This document shows, piece after piece, positions 15,576 through 29,171 of a stretch of DNA of 64,000 nucleotides. Positions within the stretch are counted from its first letter, which is position 1; the number at the start of each line of letters is the position of its first letter. The DNA is from Octopus sinensis. Lineage: Eukaryota. The stretch covers positions 99,572,001 through 99,636,000 of the forward strand of contig NC_043004.1 of assembly GCF_006345805.1 (NCBI RefSeq). The letters are read 5' to 3'. The translations under genes and the position numbers were made by a program. A model generated the notes under the pieces. It saw only the letters and a list, made by a program, of their open reading frames with translations. It did no database searches and was not told the DNA's origin.

Positions 15576-16063
15576 CATCCTGATGAGGGGTGTATCTGTC
15601 TCATTAAGAATATTAAATTTGTATCATACTAGCAGTATCGCCCGGCGTTGCTCGGGTTTGTAAGGGAAATAACTATATAAGCATTTTTAGAGATGTAAAG
15701 TATAATAGCCATCTCAATATGGCTAACCACAAAGGGGGGGGTGTTACTGTAGCTTTTTACGTTCTGAGATTTAATAATACATTTTTAGAGAGTTACTTCC
15801 CTTATATAAACCGAGCGAAAATGTATTAAAAATGAGGAAAAAATTATGGTAATTTTTTTTTAAATCGTAGAATCATCGTAGACGCGCGCTAATACCCAGA
15901 AGGGCTCTATATGAATCACGACTATAAGATACCCACTTATGGTTAAACTGCACCGCAAAATGTGGGAGTAGTTAGGAATCTAAATCGTAGGAGACAGATA
16001 CCACACAACCTCACTTTTATATATAGAGATTATCGGACACATCTCCGAAACAGCCCGTTGATG
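15576..16063 (+). ncRNA. Hammerhead motif split by a Helitron insertion in loop II
   Basis: catc-CTGATGA-ggggtgtatctg ... [Helitron 15629-16029] ... cggacacatctcc-GAAAC-agccc-GTT-gatg. Confidence 0.65.
15629..16029 (-). mobile_element. Non-autonomous Helitron, copy 2
   Basis: Minus strand reads A|TCTCTATATATAAAA ... CCCGAGCAACGCCGGGCGATACTGCTAG|T. Matches 6594-6987. Confidence 0.88.
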
Positions 16064-16560
16064 GAACGTTATCTTTGTGTATTATTATATCATGTTAATG
16101 CTGTGTAATTTGAAATTTTCCACCGGACTCTGTGTAGTAACTAGTGAAGCGTTATTACCTTGTATCTTATCGTGTGAATTAATAATTCTCGTGTGAATTA
16201 TTAATTTCATAAATCTTATATTATGTTGATGTTTTATATTTTGCCTGTGTATTTATATATGTGAGCATTTTTGAATGTTTTAAATACCTACGAATTTTAT
16301 TTATATCATCTCGACGTTTTATACATATTTTTATATCTATTTGTATATCTATTTATGCATTTATATATTTATAATGCCAACGAATCTCTAATTTTTTTTT
16401 TTATATTTTTAAATATTTGAGTATTTTTAAATATTAAATACTTATATGTTCATATACTTCTGTGTTTTAGTGCTGTATTATCTGGAACTTTATATTGATT
16501 TATTAATGTCCAATGAAAGTGCACATATATATTGAATATTCTATTGGATGATAGGTCATG

Positions 16561-16785
16561 ATAAGGCGGCGAGCTGGCAGAAACGTTAGCATGCCGAGTG
16601 AAATGCGTAGTCATATGTTGTCTGCCGTTACGTTCCGAGTTCAAATTCCGCCGATGTCGACTTTGCCTTTCATCCTTTCGGGGTCGATAAATTAAGTACC
16701 AGTTACTCACTGGAGTCGATGTAATCGACTTAATCCGTTTGTTTGTCCCTTCTGTGTGTAGCCCCTTGTGGGTAGTAAAGAAATA
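16561..16785 (+). mobile_element. tRNA-derived SINE, family 1, full length
   Basis: Family head and core present. 19-bp TSD tattggat(g/a)ataggtcatg at 16542-16560 and 16786-16804. Confidence 0.9.
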
Positions 16786-16942
16786 TATTGGATAATAGGT
16801 CATGTTCCTCTAGTTTTCTGCTAGTTTTGCCTCAATTGATATCATAAATTGGAAATTAGCTCAATTAGAGCACTTTATTTCTAGCCTGTTTCTGGGTATT
16901 GTTAAAGTTAACAATCTCTACTTAAAATTGTATAATTTATAT

Positions 16943-16983
<41 letters not shown>

Positions 16984-16985
16984 GT

Positions 16986-17028
<43 letters not shown>

Positions 17029-17594
17029 GGATGGATGGATGGATGTAAATTAACACCAATATTCACATATTCAGTAATACAATTATATACATCATACACA
17101 AGCAGGTATTCGCATGAGCACATTAGCAGACATATTAGTCATCCTCTGCTGAGTCTGTGGAACTACTTGAAAGACAAGACAGAATCTACTTCAAATCATA
17201 CCCTCTGCAATGTTATAAAGGGAAGACGCATAAGATGCATAAAAAATGTAGTTTATAATATACAAAATACTGGAAATCTCATGGCTGGACGTACTTTACG
17301 ATTGTTCTAATTAAATACGACTGAAAGCAACTCCAGTATATTGTAAATGTATAAATCATAAATTTACTTGCTTTCCACCCGAACTTATTTCCTAAGGTAC
17401 TGCAGCTTTCAGAAACAGACAGTGAAAAGTTGGAAAGAAGTAGCAAAAGACATAGATTGTCTGAGACTAAATCATAGTAGAGTTGTGTGAGAAGTTGTAT
17501 GAGAACCTGCAACAGGACAGCCAATTAGAAAGAAAAGGGTGGCGTTAAATACATTCTATTCTTACCAACTGATGTTAAGACCAGAATAATGAAA

Positions 17595-17995
17595 TCCTTT
17601 CTACTATAAGTACAAGGCCTTAACTTTCGGGGGAGGGGACCAGTCGATTACATGGGCACCAGTGTCTCACTGGTACATAATTCATTCACTCCGAAAGGAT
17701 GAAAGGCATAGGTGACCTCGGTGGCATTTGAACTGAGAACGTAAAGACAGGTGAAATACCTATTTCTTTATTACCCACGAGGGGCTAAACATAGAGGGGA
17801 CAAACAAGGACAGACAAACGGATCAAGTCGATTACATCGACCCCAGTGCGGAACTGGTACTTTATTTATCGACCCCGAAAGGATGAAAGGCAAAGTCAAA
17901 CTCGGCGGAATTTGAACTCACAACGTAACGACAGGCGAAATACCGCTAAGCATTTCATCCGGCGTGGCTAACGTTTCTGCCAGCTCGCCGCCTTC
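17595..17995 (-). mobile_element. tRNA-derived SINE, family 1, dimeric copy
   Basis: Two copies of the reverse-complemented core (ccgaaaggatgaaaggca). Head tctgccagctcgccgcc at the right end. Confidence 0.8.
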
Positions 17996-18806
17996 CAGAC
18001 CAATGAAATCAATTACACATGTGAAATAAACTTTATTTTCATTTACGTATTTTGCACGTTACCTCAATAACCAGCTTCAGTTATTTCAAATACACTTCTC
18101 TACAACGAACAGGTTTCATTATAAAATAAAAAATAGTTTCACACATTCAATTTGAACCACATTTACAAAGTGTTGCATTACGAGAGTGACGACGTGTGAA
18201 TAATGAAAGTAATCTTTCTCCGAATTAGTCACATGTGTATTATAATAAAGAAAGCTGCTTATTATCGATCTACCAAATGGACTATTTTTTTTCACACAAC
18301 AATTCTTTTTTGCAACTAAAATAATATCAGTAACTAGGTTAAGTCGCACAATTTTGAGGTCATTTTCAGACAATATTTTGATTTGCGTCTAATGAATCAC
18401 TTTCACCCCATGTTTCACACATGCGAAGAATTCTACTCAGACATACATTTAGGAAAATGTACATATAAATATTGTATTAAATTAAGCCACAACCCAAAAA
18501 ATTAAGAAATTGTGGTGAGGACGAGGGAAATTACAATTTTGAAAACGTGATTTCTGGACAAAATCGTATTAACCCCCTTTTATATGATGACACAATACAC
18601 AGTTTCTGATTCTTCTTAAGAACAGAAAGCACTTTCAGGCAAACCCATGTAAATTATACACTCGCCCTTCACTATTAAACAAAAAATAACTTCCATTATT
18701 CCATAAATTATATATCAGCTGTGCCGATTCTGCCCATAAGAAAGGAGCAATTAATAAAATGTGCTTATAAGTCATAACACCAGGGCAACCCCGGGATGCA
18801 TTGGTA

Positions 18807-18892
<86 letters not shown>

Positions 18893-19108
18893 ACATACAT
18901 ACATATATGTGTGTGTGTGTGTGTGTGTGTATGTCTGGCTGCTGTTTGTCGATTTTATATCCTCTCCATTTTCTTATTTGCCCTATATGTATACATATGC
19001 ACATATTTCAAACTAATCTATTTGATATATTCAATATATTTGGTGTATTTAATTTCTTTATCTGCATAATTGCGTCTCTCTCTCCACATGCGTTCTTGTC
19101 CCATTTTG

Positions 19109-19149
<41 letters not shown>

Positions 19150-19151
<2 letters not shown>

Positions 19152-19353
19152 GTGACCACGTGTGTACCGTTGGCGATTTTTTTCCCTCTGTCTACTCTTC
19201 TCTGGATCTTTCCTTCTCCTATGTTTCCGACGAAGAGCTCTGCTCGAAACGTTAAACCCTCCTTCTTTCCTTCTTTCCTGAGCGTCCAATAATAATATAT
19301 TTGTTCCACGACCTCGGGTGTTGTGTTTTTTTGTGCTTTCTTGTTGGATTAAC

Positions 19354-19357
<4 letters not shown>
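19150..19357 (+). mobile_element. Hammerhead-bearing short repeat, family A-related (diverged), copy 3
   Basis: Lies between two (TA)n tracts. Shares gaagagc..gctcgaaacgt and ttcctgagcg with family A. Confidence 0.7.
19223..19257 (+). ncRNA. Minimal type I hammerhead motif (family A-related)
   Basis: gttt-CCGACGA-A-GAGC tct GCTC-GAAAC-GTT-aaac. Stem I covaries with the cttt/aaag of the other copies. Confidence 0.7.
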
Positions 19358-19410
<53 letters not shown>

Positions 19411-20439
19411 GCGGCGTGCGTACACTTTAGACTCTTATATGTAAGTATACATTTTTCAAAATATTGTACGACTCTATTTCTGTCTATCAGCTCTTTCACA
19501 CTCAGTCGTTCATTCCACTCTTTGTTCTTTCGTTCCCTCTCTCTCACATTTCTTTGCCTTCTTCTCTTGCTCACTTTCCCTCCACTTTTCACTTCACTGT
19601 GTCTCTGTCATTTTCTTCTCCCACCTCCTTAATTCTTCTGTCCTTCTGCCTCTACCTCTCTCGCTTCTCTTCCCACGTGACCGCCATTCGGCCAAGTCTG
19701 ATCTCTCTTTGTTTGTCTGACTGTCAATATTCCACCCTGTGCCTGTGAAATCTTGTATCCCTGCCGTAAAGCTTTATTTCCACACACGCCAGCTTAATGT
19801 AATTCGTTCTTAATGTAATCCGTTTTTCCCGTACTTGTTTTTGTATACGTTCGCTGCTTTCTTTCAAGGAATCTATGCTCTTATCTTAGTTTTTTCTTGG
19901 GGCTGGCCATATTGGTGCAATCTCGACTATAATCAGCCGAAATTGCGAAGATAATCTCGTATTCGACTGAGGAAGGAAAACTTAGATTGACCCGTCCTTG
20001 TTTTCTTTGTATCGTCTATCTGGATGTTTTTTGTCTCATTTTTGTATCACCTTACTGTCCGGATATGTTGCCTTCTTAACCCATTTCGTATACACACACA
20101 CACACACACACACATATACATACACACACACATCCGGAGTGCCTCTGGCGCACAGCAATCACAGGAGCAACAATCCTTTCTGAATTAAATTAAGAATGGA
20201 TTGGACATTTCATATCAAATTAAATAGTGTGTGCGTCTGTGTGTCTGTGTGTGCAAATACAATTATGAACTTTATGCATATATGTCTGTATTTATGCGTA
20301 TATCTATCCATGCGTATATACGTAGAATTACATAAGACGTGTTTGAGTGTGAAATATACAGCTATACTGATCATTCTATAAATAACCAAAATATTATTCT
20401 TCTAATAGAAAGTTACTGGCTGCTATTGAATTACAAATC

Positions 20440-20753
<314 letters not shown>

Positions 20754-21044
20754 TAAATGTCTATCTATCTCAATATCAACCCATCAATCTTTATATCTCC
20801 GATACCTTCTATATAAACGAATATCATCTTATTAGACAAATCAATCAATATGTATGCGTAGATAGATGTGATTGTTCCTGTATGTACGGATTTACGCACT
20901 CACACACATACACACACACACACACATACACACATTCACACGCACGTATATATTTATATATTGTAGATAAGTCGAAAGATATACAGACTCACATGTCTAT
21001 ATATGTGTATATATACATAAATATAGATATGCATATATATATTT

Positions 21045-21110
<66 letters not shown>

Positions 21111-21166
21111 CGACAGATAGATAGATATACATATAAATATATGTCTGTGTGCATGTGTGCGCATGA

Positions 21167-21229
<63 letters not shown>

Positions 21230-21759
21230 TATTACACAAAGGACGTACAATAAAACCAGAACTTAAATTGTGTTGAGATACCATACGTTACTTTGTGAGT
21301 TGGTCCATATTAATATAAATATGTATATATTCATACTTAAAATTCATCATCTGAAAGTCTCCACCTTTTACGTCACTCGATCATGACACAGATATTTGCA
21401 TATATATATTTTGTCAACGTATTCTAATTCGAGGAACACCTGAGCTTACACAAATATTCTACCATATGTACAAAGACAGTAAATGATTGCGTAACTATGC
21501 GTTTGGTAGCCATACTAGTGAAAGCCTGCCAGAGATGCCAGTTAAACAGTTACGTTCTATTTATCTTTGATGAAGAATGAAAATAAAGATTATAATTTCG
21601 TCCTACGCACACAGAAATACAGGATGATTACGACCTGAATACTGCTCATAAAAAGCTTGTTGTTTTACGGAGTTTAACGTAGGACTAAGCAATAACTATT
21701 ACAACTGAATACAAGCCATCATATCCCAAAAAGTACAGTACCACAATGATAAGACGTAT

Positions 21760-21975
21760 TGGTTTCAAATTTTGTTACAAAGCCATCGATTTAGGGAGAG
21801 AGGGTAAGTCAATTACATAATCCTCAAAATCCAACTGTTATTTATTTTATCGACCACCGAGAGTATGAAAAGTAAAGTCGACCTCGGCGGAATTTGGGCT
21901 CAGAAAATAAAGAAGGGCGAAATACCACTTAGCTTTTTTCCCCGCGTGCTAACGATTCTGCCAGCTCGCCGTCTT
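21760..21975 (-). mobile_element. SINE family 1, old copy
   Basis: aaagtcgacctcggcggaatttg...ttctgccagctcgcc. Confidence 0.75.
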
Positions 21976-22482
21976 AAAATGCTAATAAATATAGCTACAC
22001 ATAAATGATTCAGCATAGAAACAGTTAATTAAAAGTTCGACTGCAAGAAATAAACAAATCTATAGATACTCACTTAGTAACTTCAAAAATCTCTAGTATG
22101 GAGGATAAACTAATAGTGAATGTAATATTTGGGAAAAGAAGACAGGACAATCATTACAAAAATGCTAAAGATCCGATGTTCTTCCTCTGCGGAAATTTTC
22201 TTTCTATGAGTGGATACTGTAAGACTAACGAAAGAATCCACTTTGACAGACACTGCCGATTTCCATTATAAAATTTGTGGTGGAAATAAACACATCAATG
22301 ATGAAAGTGAAAAGGAAGAGAAAGTACAACACGAATAACATCCCAGACACAGTTATCCTCATAAAAATCACACAACACCAATAGAAAAACAGCTAAATTG
22401 CACAATAGTAATGAATCGGAACTTGAAATGTCTGATAGACAAAGATGATTGTATAATAATTATCAAAAATATAGTGAATATA

Positions 22483-22662
22483 GGCGCAGGAGTGGCTGTA
22501 TGGTAAGTCGTTTGCTTACCAACCACATGGTTCTGGGATCAGTCCCACTGCGTGGCACCTTCGGCAAGTGTCTTCTATTATAGCCTCGGGCCGACCAAAA
22601 CCTTGTGAGTGGATTTGGTAGACGGAAACTGAAAAGAATCCCGTCGTATATATATATATATA

Positions 22663-22703
<41 letters not shown>

Positions 22704-22953
22704 TGTGTGTGTGTATGTGTGTATGTATATGTATATGTATGTGTGTTTATATGTTTGTGTGTCTGTGTTTGTACCCCGAACATTGCCTGAAAACTGATGC
22801 TGGTGTGTTCACGTCCCCGTAACTTAGCGTTTCGGCAAAAGAGACCGATAGAATAAATATTAGGCTTACAAAGACCTGAGGTCGATTTGCTCGACTAAAG
22901 GCGGTGCCCCAACAAGGCCGCAGTCAAATGACTGAAACAAGTAAAAGAGTAAA
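22483..22953 (+). mobile_element. tRNA-derived SINE, family 2, with internal (TA)n(GT)n tract
   Basis: Head ggcgcaggagtggctgt...cagtcccactgcgtggcacct, tail gactgaaacaagtaaaagagtaaa. Several copies in the window. Confidence 0.85.
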
Positions 22954-25900
22954 TTAACCATCAAGGGTATTATAGAGCAACATTTTTGAGAACGCATATG
23001 ATGTTAAATATAAAGAAACTCATAAGAATAAGGAAATTGGTAATATTTTTATTGGTGTTAACCCAGGGTAGGTGAGCCGGTTCCAGTCACTGAATGTAGG
23101 TCATCGCAAAGAGAAACGTATTTCGAGGGATACTCACCGATAACTAATGAAGATATAGTAACTCATTCGCAATTCAAAGGAGGACACCATACATATGAGG
23201 ACCAGCTACTGATTTAAAATCTCGATAGTTTATACTAATCCACGTTCTGTCTCTCTTCTCACTGTTTGCACCATCTCGGGAGAAGCTCTGGGGGGGGGGC
23301 AGTTTCAGGGCCGATTTCACGTTACATATTACAGAGTGTATTAGGAAATTAGCAAAGTCACATTTTTGAGAACGTTTTGTTGAGGGGAATCGATGCGATA
23401 ACATGTTGAAGTTCGGTGTTTGATACAAAATTTGAAACCAAATCTAAAAGCACAAACATGGAAAATTTTAGAAGTGAAAGTAGATGAATGCTTGAAGATT
23501 GAGTAAATTTACCACTTGCATTGGCTGCGTCTCCCAGCTGAACGCGCGAAAAAGTAGCGGCGCATGCAAATACGGCTAAGATATATTCCGTCTTTCAATA
23601 AGACAGAGCTCAGTTTGTGGGCAGAGAGCATGCGAAAAACTTTACTTTATCCTCATCTACAACACGAAAAGTAACGCCAATTTACTTGAAATTATTGACT
23701 TCGTCCACAGTATTCACACTGTGCATAAAGTGAGAAATAGAAATAAAAGACTTTTGAGACTCAATCAAACACAATTTCTGTCTCAATTGAGTGGATTTTT
23801 ATACCCATAAGTGACATGCAGCATGCATTTAGACATGCACAGGAGCCAGGGCATTTGCGTCTTTATGTAATAACTTATTAATTATTGGTGGCTGTAACCC
23901 AATTAAAGGTCGCTAACCCTGGGATCACGTCCTTAACGACACCCAAGAAATCCTCTAAAGCAAGTTTGTGCTGAAATATAACATCATTATATCTTTCCAT
24001 TAGTTAAAATTAACAATTAAAATCAACGGTTCAGGGATATAAGAACATTTCATAACACTATATTTATCGCTTTTGCTGCGAGATTTCCATTCCGGATGAA
24101 GATTATTTCTCTACGACGTTTGAAGCTATCAAGGAAATGTTATTAATTCACAAGTATTCCTTTTTGAATCGCAAATAGGATTTGCTTTCAGCGTAGCAGT
24201 GAATATTTTAGAGAGAATTCTCACTCCTAACTTCTAGAGAGAAATTTTCATACAGATTTGAGAGAGAAATTCTTACATCATAGATAGTGGTGGTATGATT
24301 AAAGAGGAACATGTTTGGAATCTCAAAAATCTTTCAGATGCTGATAATGAATCTAGTTTCAAGTTAAAAGATAGCAAGAATAGTATACCGATAGTAAAGA
24401 ATTTATTGTTGGATGAATTTTTTCCCCGGGACATCTTCATTTCATTGATAAAGGCGGAAACTGTTGAAGGAAATGCTGGTACCTTATCGTACTGGATGTT
24501 TTCATTTTTCTACTCAAATCGCTTGAATTAAAACTCCAAACGAATAAATAAGATTTCTGATGAAATTCTTCCCTCTAAGGGCCATCTTTGAAAATAAGAT
24601 ATTTCCCTGATACTAAAACTTTGCAGAACATGCTTTGAAATGAAAAGGAAATTTAAAATCCGCCTCTTCTGTCCCTTGATGGGAACATAGAATTTGTTTC
24701 TTAGACAGATACCTCACAAAACTCTATTGCAGATACTTTGGTGCAAAAATATGTAGTTATGTGAGCAAATAAAAAAGAAACCTCAGCGATAAAGAAAGAA
24801 AACACAAAGGCATTACTTTTACAATAAAGAATTTTATTTTCATAAATAGCGAGGCGTTGAGAATTTCATAAGTACGATATTTTGAGATTTTCGAAAATAT
24901 GACAAAATCCTGTCGTACTCGCTATCTCTTTTTCTCTCTCACATTTTCTTTCTCTCTTTCCCTATCTTTCTTTCTCTGCCTTACTCTGAGTTTGTGTAAC
25001 TGTTGATTTTTATGTAACAAACTGTTATCTTTTCTGGTAAAGCTAGACGTTTTTATATTCTAGAAATATATCGACTGTAAACATTCTGTCGTATTGCTAA
25101 TTTTTTTTACTCCTTCAGAAGTGCCGGTGAGTTTTATCAATCAAAGATTCTTTTGGAGGGTAACATCTCAGCTTCTTAAATCTATTCATTTATTAGGCAG
25201 ACAATATCTCAGATGCAAAACTAGTCGTAAAATACTTGGTGGCAATTTTTCTCCATATGAACGAGTGCCTCACATATGCAGATAATACTAAAAAAAATCT
25301 CTATTTGCACTGGAAGAAATGAAAAGACGTAAAAATAACTGCACCCTTACTCAAAAGTAACACGTACCTCTCAGTATACTACAGAGAACGGTTGGTGTTA
25401 GTGTGACATATTACAGGCATCCTATTACTTTGAATTTGTTGAGTTAATCAGTGGAAGTGCCCCAAAGAAAAACATATTTATCAACCCCATCAGTATGTAT
25501 CTTATAGTAGTTAGGAATTGAACAAAAGGTCTGGCCATCGTTTAGCTAGCAACATTTCTATGAAGTGATATGATGGTAAAAGCTCATCTAAATATCAACT
25601 TGTTAGAAAATAAAACATTCAACATACTATATAAACCTGTTTCTCGCCGAGACATTATAATTTGATTAGAATTTTGATCGGTTTTGATTAATTAATTATT
25701 TTGAAATATTTATGAGTGTGTGCAGGAAAGCAAGGAAAATTATACTATCATGTGCTAATATTCCGTTTGTTTTAAAATTATGAAGTCGTAAATGTTGGAT
25801 AACTGAGTTTGTGTGTGTTAATATTTCATAAATACGTATATGTTTTAGCTTACACATCTATAAACAGATTTGTGTATGTGTGCCACGGAGTGTGCAGTGT

Positions 25901-26306
25901 AATAAGTATAATCGTTTCTGGTTTTACAGAAACAGCAAGAAAACATTTCTGAAGTTGTACGAAGTCTTACATAAAGTGAACGAATTTCCTTTAAAAACAG
26001 GAAGGACATACAGGAAAATGAACTGGATGAGTACGAAAAGCAGAATGGTGGTGTCTAGAATAAGTTCAACCAGAGACTTACTCTATCAGCGCTGACCCCA
26101 ACCCCAACCCCAAACATCACCATCATCAACAGCACTACAACAACCACGACCAACACCAACACCACAACTATCAATACAATAACGATTTCGTGTCTTAGAG
26201 TCAATACATTTGGATAAAAAGTTTTCAAATATTTTGGCTAATCCAGTGATTTTTATTCCAAACAGCACAAATTTATTATTGAGCACGGATTTTTAGTTAT
26301 TTCCTA

Positions 26307-26509
26307 TACTCTTTTATTTGTTTCAATCATTTGAATGCGGCCATGCTGGAGCACCGCCTTTAGTCAAGCAAATCAACCACAGGACTTATTCTTTGTAAGC
26401 TTAGTACTTATTTTATCGGTCTATTTTGCTGAACTGCTAAGTTACGGGGACGTAAACCCACCAGCATCGGACGTCAAGCGATGTTGGGGGACAAACAAGA
26501 CACACAAAC

Positions 26510-26566
<57 letters not shown>

Positions 26567-26570
26567 ATAT

Positions 26571-26604
<34 letters not shown>

Positions 26605-26767
26605 CGACGGGTTTCTTTTAGTTTCCGTCTACCAAATCCAATCACAAGGCATTAATCGGCCCGAGGCTATAGTAGAAGACACTTGCCCAAAGTACAACGC
26701 AGTAGGACTGAACCCGGAACCATGTGGTTTGTAAGCAAGCCACTTACCACTCAGCCACTCCTGCGCC
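26307..26767 (-). mobile_element. SINE family 2
   Basis: Reverse complement of 22483-22953, including the internal microsatellite. Confidence 0.85.
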
Positions 26768-27339
26768 TATACTGAGAATAATTTGAACTTCTGTGTACGT
26801 ATATCAACAGCTGTATCTGAAGTCTTTTCACATTACTTTTATTTTCATCGAGCAGTTTGTCACATGATCCTTTTAATCAAGATATACACCTTGCTTTATA
26901 TCACATAAGTACTTTTTACCGTATTGATTGACTTACAAAGGCTAAAATCGTTTATAATGGTATCTGTGTCGTCCAAAGTATGTTACTAGAGGCGTTCAAG
27001 AAACTTTAGTGCCCAAAAGTCTAAGAACTAGCCCAGGCAGCTTAATAAAGCTTTATAGAGAGTTAGTGATTAGTTAAGATCAAGTAACCTTTAACCCTGG
27101 AGAAAAGTTTGTGCGGTATTGGCTGCGGTGAAGTACTTCCTGTCAAATTCTTTGGAAGGGATTTGTGATAGCTGTAGTGTCATGGATCATAATAGTTCTC
27201 TTGTAGAGATTATGATGAGGGAGAGGGAGATAGAGAGAAAGAGAGAAAGAGAGAGAGAGAGAGAGAGAATTGTTGGTTGAGGAAATGGTGGCAATGAATA
27301 TGATGACAACAGTATCAATAGAGAATAAATTAAAAACTG

Positions 27340-27750
27340 TTGATGACGATGATGATGACAATGATGATAATGATGCCGATGATGACGATGATGATGATGA
27401 TGACGAGGACGACGACGACGACGATGATGATGATGATCGTGATGGTGATGATGATGAAGATGATGATGAAGATGATGATGAAGATGATGATGACAATGAT
27501 GATAATGATGCCGATGATGAAGATGATGATGATGATGATGCCGATGATGATGATGCCGATGATGACGATGATGATGATGATGACGACGATGACGATGATG
27601 ATGATGATGATGGTGGTTATGATGATGATGATGATGATGATGACGATGACGACGATGACGACGACGACGACGACGATGATGGTGATGGTGATGATGATGA
27701 TGATGATGAGGATGATGAGGATGATGATGATGATGACGATGACGACATTA
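27340..27750. repeat. Long (GAT/GAC)n trinucleotide array
   Basis: Direct reading; gives poly-Asp, poly-Met, poly-Ser and poly-Ile ORFs. Confidence 0.9.
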
Positions 27751-28230
27751 ATAATAAGAAAATATGATAACAATATTAGGGATAATATTGATAAGATTCC
27801 CGTTCGAGAGGAAGGCGACAGTGACGATAATGATGTTGATGATGGTGATACTGGTGAACAAAATGGCGATCAATGTGATGGATACAAGGTTTATGGTGTT
27901 AGTGATGTCAGTGATAGGAATGAGGATGAAAATATCTGTGATGACGGTAAGGCCGCTGCAGAACCGATTGCTGCTCATGCTTCTGCTTGTAGTACTTTTA
28001 ATACTGCTGCTGCTGCTGATGATGTTAACAGTGACAATGGTGGTGGTGGTGGTGGTGGTGATGGTGGTGGCCCATTAATATTGCTAGTGATGATGTTACT
28101 CAATAATGAGGCTGATGAAAACGGTGTTGGCCATAAGTATCAGTGAAGAGCAATCAGGAGAGCCAATTAAGAAAATATGAGCAAGAGAAAGAGAGATTAA
28201 AAGAAGCTACGGGAGACAAGAGAGATAGAT

Positions 28231-28274
<44 letters not shown>

Positions 28275-28972
28275 AGGAAAATGGAGTGTAAGAGAGACAG
28301 AGAAAAAGATGGGTGAGAATACGAAGAAAGAATGAGAGCATTGGCTAATGAACAAATTCACGTGTGTAGTCGTTATATTAGATGACACAATAAAGAGGGA
28401 AAGCAATGCCTTCCTACACAGCCCCGACCATAAATGCGTGTATGTGTGAATGTATATATATATATATGTATATATATATATGCACATATATTTGTGTGTG
28501 TGTCAGTGTGTCTGTCTATGTATGTATGTATGTATGTATGTATGTATGTATGTATGCATGTATGTGCATAGCATGATGTAAATACAAAACAGAATCGCAT
28601 GTGTATGCGCGTGATGAAGACCTCTGGAATTCAAGACCTAATTTGATCACATTAAGCAGATATCAAGCATTGCTTGATATAAACTTTATGAATCTGTTAA
28701 GCGAAACTTATACCGAACACGCTCGGGTGCATAGTCCATGTAAAGAACTAGTTTTATGAGACACTACGCATAAGCTATGCCTGTGTGGTCATTACGAAAA
28801 ATTGTCGGCACCGATTAAAATTGTGACTTGAATAGCACGTTTCGCCGATCGGAGAACTGAGGGTAAAATGCAACCTACATGTACATATGCATATATAAGT
28901 TAAGGAATGGAGTAGATAATATCCGAGCTACATATGTTTCACAGCATACATACACTGACAGGGCCTGTAGTT

Positions 28973-29171
28973 TCACTGGACTAGAGTAGTTTCGCTTATC
29001 AGTTGTAGGTTCGTCAGAAGTTACTTCTCAATCGTTCGCTGGTTTGGCTAAATCAGCCTGTCAGTATATACATTTTTACCATATAAATTTATGGTTGACT
29101 TAGCGAAATACTAATGAGTATATTAGCTGACGAGCCAACAACTGATAAGCAAAACTAGTCTAGTCCAGTGA
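28973..29171. repeat. ~45-bp inverted repeat pair with decayed hammerhead-like cores
   Basis: 28973-29017 is the reverse complement of 29127-29171. Consensus CTGACGA-gcc..gc-GAAAC-TA-GTC. Confidence 0.6.

Noticed and set aside
24295-24531. 78-aa ORF with ordinary composition
   Set aside because: No domain recognised; length is within chance expectation.
27270-28146. Poly-Asp and poly-Met ORFs resembling acidic biomineral proteins
   Set aside because: A (GAT)n array is open in several frames by construction. Similar arrays recur at 20530 and 61420. No signal peptide or gene structure.
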